A stretch of 64,000 nucleotides of DNA, from positions 1,760,001 through 1,824,000 of the forward strand of contig CBDBEV010000001.1 of assembly GCA_965204535.1 (NCBI GenBank). The letters are read 5' to 3'. Positions 29,102 through 39,366 of the stretch are shown here, in pieces (within the stretch, counting starts at the first letter, position 1; the number at the start of each line of letters is the position of its first letter). The notes beneath the pieces are model-generated. The model had not been told where the DNA came from and searched no databases. It was given only the letters and a program-made list of their open reading frames with translations. The translations under genes were made by a program, and so were the position numbers. The DNA comes from a bacterium. GTDB lineage: Bacteria; UBA8248.

Positions 29102-30487
29102 TCATACCACCGCTCCGTCCTGTCTGAGTTTTTCCCTGAGCGGCTCGACCGGCAGTTCGCGCGGGGTCGTCCGGCGCTCCACGCACATGGCCGCCGCCGT
29201 GCCCGCCGCCTGGCCGATGGTCATGATGTGGGCCTGGTTGCGCACGGAACCGTTCGCGAAGCGGTCGCTCGAGACGGGCCGTCCCGCCACGAGGCAGTTC
29301 TCTATCTTCTGCGGGAGCATGACGCCGTAGGGGATGCCGTAAGCCTCCCCGTCCCTGACGTGTTTGTGCTCGATCACGCCGGTGGGCTGGTGAACGTCGA
29401 GGCAGTATGCCCCCTGGCCGATGTCGCGCGGCCCCTTGCGCGCATCGATGCAGTCTTCGTCGGTGAGGGTCTCCTCCCCGATGATGCGGCGCGTCTCGCG
29501 CACCCCGATGGCCGAGGCCGAATCGATCACGTAGCACTCCTCGAAGCCGGGGGCGTATTTGCGGTAGAAATCGCGCACCTTGAATATCTGCTCGCGGCCC
29601 TCGATGGCGACCTGATTCAGATCGTCGTTGTCGACGCCGCTGTAGCCGAGCATGCTCGTGGAGTTGATGGTGACCACCCCGGGCGTGGTGGTGATGGAGA
29701 ACACCACGCGCTGGCGGTTCGGGTGGAACTCGCCGCGCGACTGGGCGAGCTTGACCGACTCGTAATAGCCGGTGACGAGGGGGTAGTCCTTGTGGGTGCG
29801 GAGGCCTGCGGCTATCTCCTCGCGGGACTTGCCGATGTAGGGGTCCTCGCCGAGCATGAAGTTGTAGGGGTTTTCCTTCACGTGCTGGAGGTGGCGGTCG
29901 AGGTCCACGTTCCCCATCCGGGAGAAGAGGCTGATGGACATCATCTTCCCCTCCTCGTCACCCAGGTGGAAGGGCGCGCCCGCCTGCGCTGCGATGTCCG
30001 CGTCCCCGCTCGCGTCGATGACGACCTGCGCGCGTATCTCGCTCTCCCCGCTCTTGTTCACGATCCGCGCGCCGGCCACCCGGTCGCCGTCCATAATTGG
30101 CCCGATGGTATAGGTGTTCAGCACGAGGTCCACGCCGGCGTCGAGGCAGAGCTTCTGGTTCACGAGCTTGAGCACTTCGCCGTCCTGTGGCGTCACGGTG
30201 TAGGAGTTGCCGTAGGCGTTGTGGAGATGGCCCTCGGGAAAGGCGCCGCCCAGCTTGATGAGTTCGTCCACGATCTCCTGGGGGATGCCGTTGCAGATCT
30301 GCTCTCCCTTCATGTTGTGGAAGGTGAGGAAGTTGCCGAGAAGGCCCGCGGTGGCGTTGCCCCCCAGGAAGGCGTAGCGATCCGTGAGGACCGTCCGCGC
30401 GCCGCCCCGCGCCGCGGCGATGGCGGCGCACACACCGGCCATGCCGGCTCCGACTACGAGAACGTCGACGTTGCTCCTGTCCGCCAT
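29102..30487 (-). CDS. FAD-dependent oxidoreductase (FAD_oxidored family)
   Basis: VVGAGMAG, IDASGDAD, GVRETRRIIG, YGIPYG, LVAGR, GQAAGTAAA. Confidence 0.88.
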   Translation of the reverse strand: MADRSNVDVLVVGAGMAGVCAAIAAARGGARTVLTDRYAFLGGNATAGLLGNFLTFHNMKGEQICNGIPQEIVDELIKLGGAFPEGHLHNAYGNSYTVTPQDGEVLKLVNQKLCLDAGVDLVLNTYTIGPIMDGDRVAGARIVNKSGESEIRAQVVIDASGDADIAAQAGAPFHLGDEEGKMMSISLFSRMGNVDLDRHLQHVKENPYNFMLGEDPYIGKSREEIAAGLRTHKDYPLVTGYYESVKLAQSRGEFHPNRQRVVFSITTTPGVVTINSTSMLGYSGVDNDDLNQVAIEGREQIFKVRDFYRKYAPGFEECYVIDSASAIGVRETRRIIGEETLTDEDCIDARKGPRDIGQGAYCLDVHQPTGVIEHKHVRDGEAYGIPYGVMLPQKIENCLVAGRPVSSDRFANGSVRNQAHIMTIGQAAGTAAAMCVERRTTPRELPVEPLREKLRQDGAVV

Positions 30488-30727
30488 GGGCGTCTCCTTT
30501 TCTAAAATGATATGCTTCGGTTGACGACCTTTTGGCCGGTCAGTTCATGAATCTTTCTCCATAACCACTCTCTGGTGCCTGGGTTTTTTTCACTCCTCCT
30601 TGAGGGGCTGTTGAATAAGCCGGAGAAAGGAAATTCGTTTATGTGTAGGGGTCGCATATATGCGACCCTGTTTTTTTCACCCACTACAAGGGCCGCATGT
30701 ATGCGGCCCCTACAAAACCGCCCCTCC

Positions 30728-31762
30728 CTAATCCCGAACCGCCTTCGTGACCGCACGGGTTTCGCCGTAGGTCGGGAAGAACAGCGTGTGGCTCCCCGGC
30801 CCCCCGGCCACACTGATGAGAATACTCTCCGGCCCGTCCGCCACCGGAACGGCATCGGGTTCGGCCCCGCCAAAAAGTCCCGGCCGCCTGCCCCGCACGC
30901 GCTCGGCGATCTCGGGCGAAAAACTCTTAAGCGGCACGCGCGCCCCCTCGAAGAGCGCGCGCTGGACGTCCTCACGGCTCATGCCGCCCGCCTCAAGTAA
31001 CCCCAGGTGCTGGGGGCTGATGACGACCAATACCTCGCCGCCCCCCTGCGCGTTGTTGGAACCCGGATAGGCCATCGTAGCGGTTATCATGCGAAGCACG
31101 CTCTCAGCACTCCCGCTCGCATAATCGTTCACGTTCACCGGGGCGTCCGCAGCCACGACCGTCACCGCGCTCTGCTCCGCGCGAAACCCCCGCGTCGCGT
31201 GGAGCGGCTCCCATCCGCAGGCCGCCTCGGCGAAACACGCGGAGAACTTGCCCCCGTGGCCGAAGGTGGCCATGTCCGTCTCGCCGGGCACCGCCATCCC
31301 CAGCCGCACGGCGGCCAGGCGGACGGCGCGGCCGATGGCGGCGTTCGCCCGGAAGCCCGGTCCCAAGCACCCGCTGCCCGAATGCACGCCCAACCGCTCG
31401 GCGGCGGGACCGTGGACGATGACCAGGGGCGAGGCGAGCTCGGTGGTCGCCTGGATAGCCAGGAAATTGAACTCGGGCTCCATGACGGCTTCGAGCGCCG
31501 CCAGAACCACCGGAAAATACGAAGGCTTGCATCCCGCCAAGACCGCGCAAACGGCCGCATCCTCGACCGTCACGTCCACCATCCCGGGCGCCATCATCCC
31601 CAGAACGTGGCCGGAACCCTCCTGCACGGAGGCGAGCATGGCGTCCACCGCTCTCCGAGTCGGCGGGATGAGGGGAAGGCCGTCGCCCGGCCCGTTCTCC
31701 ATCGCGGCTTCGAGCGCAGCCTCCGCACTCGGCGAGAGTTCGCTCAGGAGCGCCCCGGGCAT
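30728..31762 (-). CDS. Uncharacterised protein, paralog of the C-terminal domain of the upstream UGSC fusion
   Basis: 344 aa; DGLPLIPPT, AVLAGC, ANAAIGRAVRL, WEPLH, VAGGPG motifs. Confidence 0.75.
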   Translation of the reverse strand: MPGALLSELSPSAEAALEAAMENGPGDGLPLIPPTRRAVDAMLASVQEGSGHVLGMMAPGMVDVTVEDAAVCAVLAGCKPSYFPVVLAALEAVMEPEFNFLAIQATTELASPLVIVHGPAAERLGVHSGSGCLGPGFRANAAIGRAVRLAAVRLGMAVPGETDMATFGHGGKFSACFAEAACGWEPLHATRGFRAEQSAVTVVAADAPVNVNDYASGSAESVLRMITATMAYPGSNNAQGGGEVLVVISPQHLGLLEAGGMSREDVQRALFEGARVPLKSFSPEIAERVRGRRPGLFGGAEPDAVPVADGPESILISVAGGPGSHTLFFPTYGETRAVTKAVRD

Positions 31763-31765
31763 GGC

Positions 31766-33373
31766 CTAGTCGATCTTCCGCGTTATGGATCGGTGGTTCA
31801 GCGCGCCGGGCGCCATGAGCGAGTTCGGCCCCGCGCCACCGTGCACCAGGATGGTGATGTCCTCCCTCTCCTCGACGATGGGCAGGGTCGCGTTCTCCAT
31901 CGTGTTCACCCCGTAGAACATCTGCTTCCAGTCGCTCCAGCGCTCCCGCGATTCGGGGGGATAGGTATTGACCGGAATCCGGTGGACCTCGCAGAGGTAA
32001 TCGCGCACGAGCTTCTTGTCGAACCCGGCTTCTGCGATCTTGTTCGCGTGGGTGGGGCCGAAGATGAGCATGATCTCGCAGCGGCCGAACTGCGGCCGCG
32101 TGCCGGAGCAGGCGGCCACGGTGCCGAAGGTTCCCAGGATGCCCTGCGCGGTGAGCGCGCTGTGGTCGTCCACCATGTGGAGGGGTTCGGCGGTGAACAC
32201 CGTCACCACGCTGTCGGACTCGGCGAAGCCCTTCTCCACGTGGAGCGGCTCCCAGGGGCTCTGCTCCACGTTCTCGGTGATGGCGTCGAAATACTTGGCG
32301 AAATGGCCCTGGCAGGTGGCGCCCCGGTTTTCGAGGTCGCCGATGCAGTTGAACATGATGAGCTTGATCGCGCGGCCGACCGAGGCGTTCACCCCCCAGC
32401 CCGCTGCGCTCAAGTCGCGCCCGTCGCTCATCCCGACTTCGCGCGCGATGGGGCCGCTCACCACGACGATGGGGAAAAGCGTGTGCGCCGTGGTGATGAC
32501 GTGGTTGACGTGGTACTCCTCCGCCCCCATGGCCTGCACCGCCGTCACGAGGATGGGCATGACGCCGGGACTGCAGCCCGCCATGACGGCGTTGGCCGCG
32601 ATCCGCTCCACGGTGATGTCCGCCAGCCTCGGCATGAGGCGGGCGACCACCTCATCGCCCTTTCTGCCCGAGGCCGCCACGAACCGCTCCACCATCTCCA
32701 GGGTGGGGGGGATGACGGGCATCCCGTCCGTCGCCCCCAGATCGAAGAGCGCGCCGTTCGCACCGATGGGGTCGCCCGCGATCGTGAGGACCCGCTCGAT
32801 GGGGTCATCAGCGACTGCGGCCTCTCCCCCGTTCGCCGTGTTCATCCACTCGGCGGCGACCGTATCGACGCCGTTTTTCGCCATGCGCATCAGGGCGTCG
32901 CCGCCCTGGTGGGCCACGGTGTCATCGACGAGGAGAAGGCGGAGGTGGGGGGATTTATAGGCTTTGGCGAAGCTGCGCGCCGCCGTCTCGAACCCGTTGC
33001 CCACCACCACGACGGTGGGGACGCCGCGTTTTTCAAGCTCTGCCGAGTCGTGGACACTCCACGACGTGCAACCCCCTCAGACCCCGAAGCCGGTCACCGC
33101 CACGTCGCAGTTCGAAGCGATCTCATCGAGCGTCTCCTGGCCTGCGCCCTGGGCGGCCCATCCCTTCTTGCGCACCAGGAGCTTCGCGTCGTGCCGCTCG
33201 GCGAAGGCTTCGCCGACGTGGCTCAGGAAATCGCCCGCGTGGGGCATGGAGTTATCAAGTAAAGCGATGCGGAGCCCGTCCAGGCCCGATACGGCGGCGC
33301 CTTCGCCGGAACCCCCCTTATCCGCCACGGCGGCGATGGGATTGATGATTTCGATTCGACCGTTCTCGCCCAT
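31766..33373 (-). CDS. UGSC-family selenoprotein fusion (UGGC, Sec99 at TGA 33077-33079), 535 aa
   Basis: ORFs 33077-33418 and 31766-33010 are the same frame; read-through gives CDVAVTGFGV-U-GGCTSWSVHDSAELEKRGVPTV; RBS GGAGGGAG before ATG 33373; SECIS-like hairpin follows. Confidence 0.88.
33047..33065 (-). promoter_or_regulatory. Putative bacterial SECIS element
   Basis: mRNA GUCGUGGA-GUG-UCCACGAC: perfect 8-bp stem with G-led loop, separated from the UGA by 11 nt. Confidence 0.7.
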
Positions 33374-33537
33374 AGACAAACTCCCTCCAATCCAAGGGGA
33401 ACACGCACTCCGCGCCATGGGTTCGGCCGCGGTCTTCCAGTATGCTTAGATGGATCAGTTATAGACAGGAATTCGTTCGGATGTCAATTATTGTGGAGTC
33501 AGACCCGACCGAGGAGGGAGGGTCTGACGAGCGGGGA

Positions 33538-33762
33538 GGGGTTGTTGAAAAAGCCCCTTCCTCAGGGGAAAAGGCAACCCCCCCTACCCCCCCTTGTCAG
33601 GGGGGCAAGAAAAAACAAAAGCCCCTCTCCCGGCGGCGGGCGTCGCCTTTTCATACCTCCCTCATCAGGGGGGAGAAAAAGCAAAGGCCCCTCAGCCCGG
33701 CGGGTGTGCATCGCCTTTTTATACCCCCCTGACAAGGGGGGGTAGGGGGGGTTGGTTTTCAA
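33538..33762. mobile_element. MITE-like element (IS1182-type left end, G/C hairpin core)
   Basis: GGGGTTGTTGAAAAAG followed by inverted CCCCCCTACCCCCCTTGTCAGGGGGG pair. Confidence 0.6.
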
Positions 33763-33822
33763 GGCGAACAGGCGGAATCCGGAGAGTTTGTCTTTGGCCT
33801 TTTGCCTTTCGTCTTGCCGGTT

Positions 33823-34635
33823 CTATCCCGTGGATTCAAATGCCCGCTCCGTCGGGCCGACCGAACTGAGGCCGCAGCGCAGGGCCTCGAGGTTGAACGT
33901 CATCCAGGGGGGCACGTTCCCGATGTTCACGTCGGGGCCGAATTCGGTGAGCAGGAACTTCTGTAGCTCGTAGATGACGTTGTTCGTCGTGCCCTCGATC
34001 CACCAGCCGGGAAGCTCGAAAATCACCTTCTTGACATCCATCTGCCCGCGGATCGAATCGATCAGAGCGCGGTCGGCCGCGCCGCCGGGCATGAGTTCCG
34101 CCGCCTCGAACAGCACCACCGAGGCGCCCGCTTCCATGCAGATGCGGGCTTGTGCGATCAGCTCCGCCGCGTCCTGCTTGCCGGTCTTGGAGCCCACCTC
34201 GCCGTGCACCTCCAGGCCGGCGTCCACCGCCGAGCGCACCATGCGCTCCCTTTCGCCGTCTGTAAGAGAAACGCAGTTGTCTGAAATCTCTATGGCCTCG
34301 ACCCCGTATTCCGCTGCCGCTTCGAAATAGGGCTGAACCCCGCCCCAGCCCTGTGTGGCGAAGATGAACTCCAGAAACTGCCCGCCGATGAAGGGCTTGA
34401 CGTCGTGGCTTTTGAAGAGCTCCAGCTTCTCCCGGTAGTAATCCTCGAGATACAGGCGCGAGGTACCCACCGCGATTTTGCCGAGGTCGATGAACGGCCC
34501 GCTCATCCGAAGCAGCCCCTGTAGATATTCGATGGTCTCCCCCTTGTCGATCATCATGGTGAGCCCGCTGGTTCTTGGTTTTTCCATGCTCCGCTCCGCG
34601 GAGAGGGGAACGAAGTCGAAGGCGAATCCGGCCAT
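33823..34635 (-). CDS. comA: Phosphosulfolactate synthase (ComA family)
   Basis: KPRTSGLTMMIDKG, IDLGK..GTS, IEISD, EVGSK, FGPDVNIGNV, LEALRCGL. Confidence 0.85.
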   Translation of the reverse strand: MAGFAFDFVPLSAERSMEKPRTSGLTMMIDKGETIEYLQGLLRMSGPFIDLGKIAVGTSRLYLEDYYREKLELFKSHDVKPFIGGQFLEFIFATQGWGGVQPYFEAAAEYGVEAIEISDNCVSLTDGERERMVRSAVDAGLEVHGEVGSKTGKQDAAELIAQARICMEAGASVVLFEAAELMPGGAADRALIDSIRGQMDVKKVIFELPGWWIEGTTNNVIYELQKFLLTEFGPDVNIGNVPPWMTFNLEALRCGLSSVGPTERAFESTG

Positions 34636-34793
34636 CTGAGAACTCCTTTCAGACTTATTTTCAATGCTCAGAATTCGGGGCTTCAGTTAATCGCATCATC
34701 CGCGCGGTTGCAAGGATGGGATGGCAAGGGGGCCGCCACTCCCCTTCATTCGACGATCTTCTCAACTGATTAGGCTCCGGGCGGGCGCGACCG

Positions 34794-34799
34794 TATAAT
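34794..34799 (+). promoter_or_regulatory. Candidate sigma70 -10 box for the sulfotransferase gene
   Basis: Perfect TATAAT in GC-rich context about 90 nt upstream of ATG 34891; no clear -35. Confidence 0.4.
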
Positions 34800-34890
34800 G
34801 CGCCCACACGCCATGCAATCGAAAGCGGGAGAGAGAGTCGTAATACTCGCCCGAGTGGAGAAACGTCCAAGAATCCATGAAGGAGGAAAC

Positions 34891-35904
34891 ATGCCGGATT
34901 TTTCCAGACCCGTATTCATCGTCAGCGCCCCGCGTTCAGGCTCGACCCTGTTCCGGCTCATCCTGGACGCCCACCCGCGCCTGGCGGTGCCCTCCCCCGC
35001 CTGGCTGTATGAAATGGTCTACCCCTACCTCTACAGCTATGGCGACCTCTCAAGCCCTGAGAACCTCGCGGCCCTCGCCGAGGACATCTTCGAGAGTCCC
35101 TTCATCAAGAACATGAAGCTCGACATCACGCCGCAGGACCTCGTTTCCGCCGCTGCCGAGCCTACCTTCCGGGGGCTTTACGACGCGCTCCACCGCCACT
35201 ACGCCGAGAACACGGGCAAGGAGCGGTGGGGCGAGAAATCCCCCCGCAATTCGTTCTGGATGGAGGAGATCAAAGGGGACTTCCCGGATGCGCAGTTCGT
35301 CCACATCGTGCGCGACGGACGCGACATGGCGATCGACATCGCCGATTCGCCCGAGATGCTGCCCGAGAACGTATATTCGGGCGCGCACGTCTGGAAGGAC
35401 TTTACGGGCACCGCGCACGAATCGGGAAAACGCATGGGGGAATCGGATTATTACGTCATCCGCTACGAGGATCTGTGCGCCGAGCCCGAGAGCGAGCTCA
35501 AGAAACTGTGCGAATTTTTGGGCGAGGACTTTGACGGACAGATGCTGGCCCACCACGAGACGGATTCGTCCAAGAGTTGGAGTTCGCTCCCCAACCATGT
35601 GAAGAGCGGGCGGCCCATCTCCACGCAATACTGCGAGATGTACAAGACGCGCCTGCCTGCGGACGACGTATCCGCGCTCGAAGAAGTGATGGGGGATCTG
35701 CTCGTCGAGTTCGGCTACCCGGTGGGCGGGAGCGCGGAACCCATCCCTGAAAAACTCGCGGCCCAGTTGATGGAGAGCGAGATGATCTCAGCACCCCGCG
35801 TGATCGCCTACCGCAAATGGCACGCCGACCGGCGGCGCGAGCGGCTCGAAGAGGGCGTCTGGAAGCTCGAAGAGAGAAAATCCCTCCTGCGCTCTCTTTG
35901 CTGA
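34891..35904 (+). CDS. PAPS-dependent sulfotransferase family protein
   Basis: 5'-PSB-like SAPRSGST, WGEKSP, 3'-PB HIVRDGRD, RYEDL; RBS AAGGAGG before ATG 34891. Confidence 0.88.
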   Translation: MPDFSRPVFIVSAPRSGSTLFRLILDAHPRLAVPSPAWLYEMVYPYLYSYGDLSSPENLAALAEDIFESPFIKNMKLDITPQDLVSAAAEPTFRGLYDALHRHYAENTGKERWGEKSPRNSFWMEEIKGDFPDAQFVHIVRDGRDMAIDIADSPEMLPENVYSGAHVWKDFTGTAHESGKRMGESDYYVIRYEDLCAEPESELKKLCEFLGEDFDGQMLAHHETDSSKSWSSLPNHVKSGRPISTQYCEMYKTRLPADDVSALEEVMGDLLVEFGYPVGGSAEPIPEKLAAQLMESEMISAPRVIAYRKWHADRRRERLEEGVWKLEERKSLLRSLC

Positions 35905-36524
35905 TGGCGGGAAGGCGGCCGGCGGGCCGAAGCCTGCACCCCTGTTGCAAACAAGCAGGACGGCGGCCCGCGATGCCCGGACCTGATGGGGTTGTTGAAA
36001 AAGCCTTTGTCAAAGGAGCAACCCCCCCTACCCCCCCTTGTCAGGGGGGCAAGAAAAAACAAAAACCCCTCTACCGGCGGCGGGCGTCGCCTTTTTATAC
36101 CCCCCTGACAAGGGGCTGTTGAAAAAGTCCCTGCGCACCCCTCGAATGGCGACTGTAGGGGTCAGACATATATGTCTGACCCCGTGGCCGCCCGTCGGTC
36201 GTATTCACCCAGATACAGCAAGGGCGCGAGGGCCACGGACAGGCACGGGGGCCTGTCCCTACAAAACCAACCCCCCCTACCCCCCCTTGTCAGGGGGGTA
36301 AAAAAAGAAAACCCCACAAAAAAAGGATCAACTCCCCCCTTGAGGGTCTGGCTTCCCGAGGGGAAAGCCAGACGATGAAGCCGAGCGGTTTGTGCGAAGG
36401 CTGAATCGGTGGGGGGTAAAATGCGTTTTATCGCCAGTCCGAATTATACCCCCCACCGAATCGCTTTCGGGCTTACGCCCTCAGCTCTTCGTCTGGCTTT
36501 CCCCTCGGGAAGTCAGACCCTCAA

Positions 36525-38037
36525 GGGGCTGTTGAAAAACCCCTGGTTTTATGATCGTATGGAGTTATCCCCCCTCGCCCGAGATGGGAGATTCCCCGAT
36601 GTTGGACCGCAAGAGGCGCGGGCAGATGGAATTGTTCGTGGCCGGTTCGCTGGAGCAGTTGATTCCCGAAGATTACATATTGTTCCGGGTGAACCGCGTA
36701 CTGGATTTGAGTTGGCTTCGCGAGGAGGTGGCGGAGTGCTATTGCGCGGACAACGGTCGACCGGGGATCGACCCGGAAGTGGTGGTGCGGTTGATGCTGG
36801 CGGGTCTTCTGCTGGGCCACGTTCACGACCGGCATCTGCTTCGCGAGGCGCAGGTGAACCTGGCGATCCGGTGGTTCATCGGTTACGAGCTGCACGAGGA
36901 GTTGCCGGATCATTCGAGCCTGACGCGGATTCGCCAGCGGTGGGGGGAGGCGCGGTTCAAGGAAATATTGCGCCGCACGGTTCAGGCGTGCCTGGAGGCG
37001 CAGGTGGCGAAGGGAGAAGTGGTTCACATGGACGCGTCTTTGATACGCGCGGACGTGAGTTGGGAGAGTCTGGCGGCGCGCCACGCGGAGAAGGTGGTGC
37101 GGGAGAACGACTCGGCGGATGAGGCGGGGAAGAAGGGCGGCGGGGGTTCGGGTCCGGTGAGCCGTACGGACCCCGACGCGCGCCTGGCGCGCAAGAGCGC
37201 TCGGGCGGGGTTCGAGCCGAGCTACAAGCACCACGCGGTGGTGGACGACGAGCGGGGCGTTGTCCTCGACGTAGAGGTGACGGCGGGGACGTTGAACGAG
37301 CGGGAGATGATGGAGCCGCAGTTGGATGCGGTTTGCGAGCTCACGGGTCGCGCGCCCGCGGTGGTGACGGCGGATAGTGGTTATGCGTACTCGAAGGTGT
37401 ATGCGGGATTGGAGCGGCGGGGTGTTGATGCGCTGATACCGGCGAAGAAGGAGCCTTCCCAGAGCCGTGTTCCGCTGCAGTTGTTCCGCTACGACGAGCG
37501 GCACAAGGTGGTGAAGTGTCCGGGCGGCAAGACGCTGCGTCCCCGGAAGGAGACGGAGCGGGGGCGCTACTATGGTTCGAGGACGCGCGATTGCGCGGGC
37601 TGCGCGCTGAGGTCGGATTGTCTGCCCAAGTCGCACACGAGCAGGACGGTGCTGATTCCGCATGAATATCCGGCGCTGTTGCGCGCGCGCCGGCGGCACG
37701 CGCGCCGGGGGGAGGAGGAGGGCCGGCTGTGGCGCCGCCACATGTCGCGTTCGGAGGGCTACCACGGCGAAGCGAAGAGTCGGCACGGACTGGGGCGGGC
37801 GGTGCGCCGGGGCCTTGCGAACATGAGGATCCAGGCCTACCTGACGGCGACTGCGGTGAACCTCAAGCGGCTGGCCGCCGCTTTTGCGGCGGATATATTC
37901 GCTCTGTGGAGGGCCTGGGCCGCCCGGAGACGCCGTCTGCGCGCATATCGCGGCCTCACGCGCCGATTGGGCTTCCTATCCCAAGCCGCGTGAGCCGCCA
38001 TACCCCCTGCTTCAAAACAGGGTTTTTCAACAGCCCC
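36525..38037 (+). mobile_element. IS1182-family insertion sequence
   Basis: Perfect 18-bp terminal inverted repeats GGGGCTGTTGAAAAACCC flanking one transposase ORF. Confidence 0.9.
36599..37993 (+). CDS. IS1182-family DDE transposase
   Basis: GRPGIDP, AIRWFIG..LPDHSSLTRIRQR, HMDAS, TDPDAR, ADSGY, CxxC, SEGYHGEAK..HGL.RA..RGL. Confidence 0.92.
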   Translation: MLDRKRRGQMELFVAGSLEQLIPEDYILFRVNRVLDLSWLREEVAECYCADNGRPGIDPEVVVRLMLAGLLLGHVHDRHLLREAQVNLAIRWFIGYELHEELPDHSSLTRIRQRWGEARFKEILRRTVQACLEAQVAKGEVVHMDASLIRADVSWESLAARHAEKVVRENDSADEAGKKGGGGSGPVSRTDPDARLARKSARAGFEPSYKHHAVVDDERGVVLDVEVTAGTLNEREMMEPQLDAVCELTGRAPAVVTADSGYAYSKVYAGLERRGVDALIPAKKEPSQSRVPLQLFRYDERHKVVKCPGGKTLRPRKETERGRYYGSRTRDCAGCALRSDCLPKSHTSRTVLIPHEYPALLRARRRHARRGEEEGRLWRRHMSRSEGYHGEAKSRHGLGRAVRRGLANMRIQAYLTATAVNLKRLAAAFAADIFALWRAWAARRRRLRAYRGLTRRLGFLSQAA

Positions 38038-38291
38038 GACAAGGGGGGGTAGGGGGGGTTGCCTTTATCCCCTGAGGAGGAGGGTTTTCAACAGCCCCGG
38101 ATAAGGCGCGCTTGTGCCGCCTCCTTGGATTCACTATCATGGTCGGCATCCATATTTCATGCGAGTCATGCGCCGCTTGAGGAAGTCCGGTCTATTCGTT
38201 TTCTCTTTCGTTGCGAGAAACCACGAATAAAAGGAGCCGAATACACGGAATCGAAACATAATCTGGGAAAACTGCTCATGGAGGAAGCCCG

Positions 38292-39272
38292 ATGTCCAAG
38301 ATCATGAAATGCATCATCGCCTTTGGTGTTCTGGTATCCGTGGGGGTCGTCGATTCAGCCCCGGCTGAAGCGGCCTATCCCGAGCGCGCCATCAACTACA
38401 TCGTCGCCTACAGGGTCGGGGGCGGCTCGGACAGGACGTCGCGCGCCTTCGTTCCCTTTCTCGAAAAGCACCTGGGCAAGGGCGCCAAGATCGCCATCAT
38501 CAACAAGCCGGGCGCGGGCGGCAACATCGGGTTCAACGCGATAGCGAACGCCAAGCCCGACGGCTACACCATCGGCATGACGAACTTCCCCCAGGCCATC
38601 GTCGGCCCCATCATGGGGAAGGTGAAATACACCATCAAGGACTTCGACTTCCTGGGCAACGTGAACAGGGGACCGACGACGTTCGCCGTGCTCAAGACGA
38701 GCAAGTACAAATCGCTGGCCGACCTCATGGCCGACGTCAAGAAGAACCCCGGTAAAATCTCGATAGGCATGGCGGCGCTCAGCAGCGTCCACAGCATCGG
38801 GACCAGCAAGTTCATGGTCAAGACGGGACTTAAATTCAACAAGGTGCCCTTCGGCGGCGGCGGCCCCGCGCGCAACGCCCTGCTCGGCGGCCACGTTCCG
38901 GTGCTGGCGATCTCGATGTCGGCCATCGCGAAATTCAGGGACAAGGTCAACATCCTCGCCCAGGCAGCGCCCGAGCGGGTGGCCATCGGCTCCTGGGTCC
39001 CGACGTTCAAGGAGCAAGGCGTGGACATCACCAACTTCGTCTATCGTCCCGTGGCCGCTCCCAAGGGTGTGCCGGCGCCCATACTGGCGAAGCTGCGCGC
39101 CGCCTTCAAAAAGGCGATCGCGGACCCGGGATTCCTGAAAGTGGCGAAGAAGCAGAAAGTCGCGGTGGAATACACGAGTGGGGAAGAGATGGCGAAGGTT
39201 GCCAACGATTCTCACATGGCCCACGAGCAGCTCTGGAAGACGAATCCCTGGATGAAGAAGAAAAAGAAGTAA
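38292..39272 (+). CDS. tctC: TctC-family substrate-binding protein
   Basis: YPERAI, NKPGAGG, KPDGYTIG, VPFGGG. Confidence 0.9.
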   Translation: MSKIMKCIIAFGVLVSVGVVDSAPAEAAYPERAINYIVAYRVGGGSDRTSRAFVPFLEKHLGKGAKIAIINKPGAGGNIGFNAIANAKPDGYTIGMTNFPQAIVGPIMGKVKYTIKDFDFLGNVNRGPTTFAVLKTSKYKSLADLMADVKKNPGKISIGMAALSSVHSIGTSKFMVKTGLKFNKVPFGGGGPARNALLGGHVPVLAISMSAIAKFRDKVNILAQAAPERVAIGSWVPTFKEQGVDITNFVYRPVAAPKGVPAPILAKLRAAFKKAIADPGFLKVAKKQKVAVEYTSGEEMAKVANDSHMAHEQLWKTNPWMKKKKK

Positions 39273-39366
39273 GAACCCATCCGGGTCTTCACGTAAGCGA
39301 GAGCGCAAAATCACGAGCAATCCCGAGGCGTGCATAGCCGGTGCGCCTCGGGATCGGGTGAAAGGT

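Larger units (their letters stand above)
35988..38098. mobile_element. Outer MITE-like element containing a nested insert and the IS1182 element
   Basis: GGGGTTGTTGAAAA (35988) and TTTTCAACAGCCCC (to 38098); inner unit 36112-38037 flanked by a GACAA duplication. Confidence 0.7.

Noticed and set aside
31007-33262. 751-aa plus-strand ORF and similar long ORFs (4061-5455, 9006-10472, 17374-18993, 29228-30505, 36521-37786, 58380-59798)
   Set aside because: Antisense shadows of well-supported genes in GC-rich DNA, with no recognisable motifs
33823-34635. Complete coenzyme M biosynthesis pathway
   Set aside because: Only a comA-like gene is present; no comB-E or xcb-type partners are recognisable here
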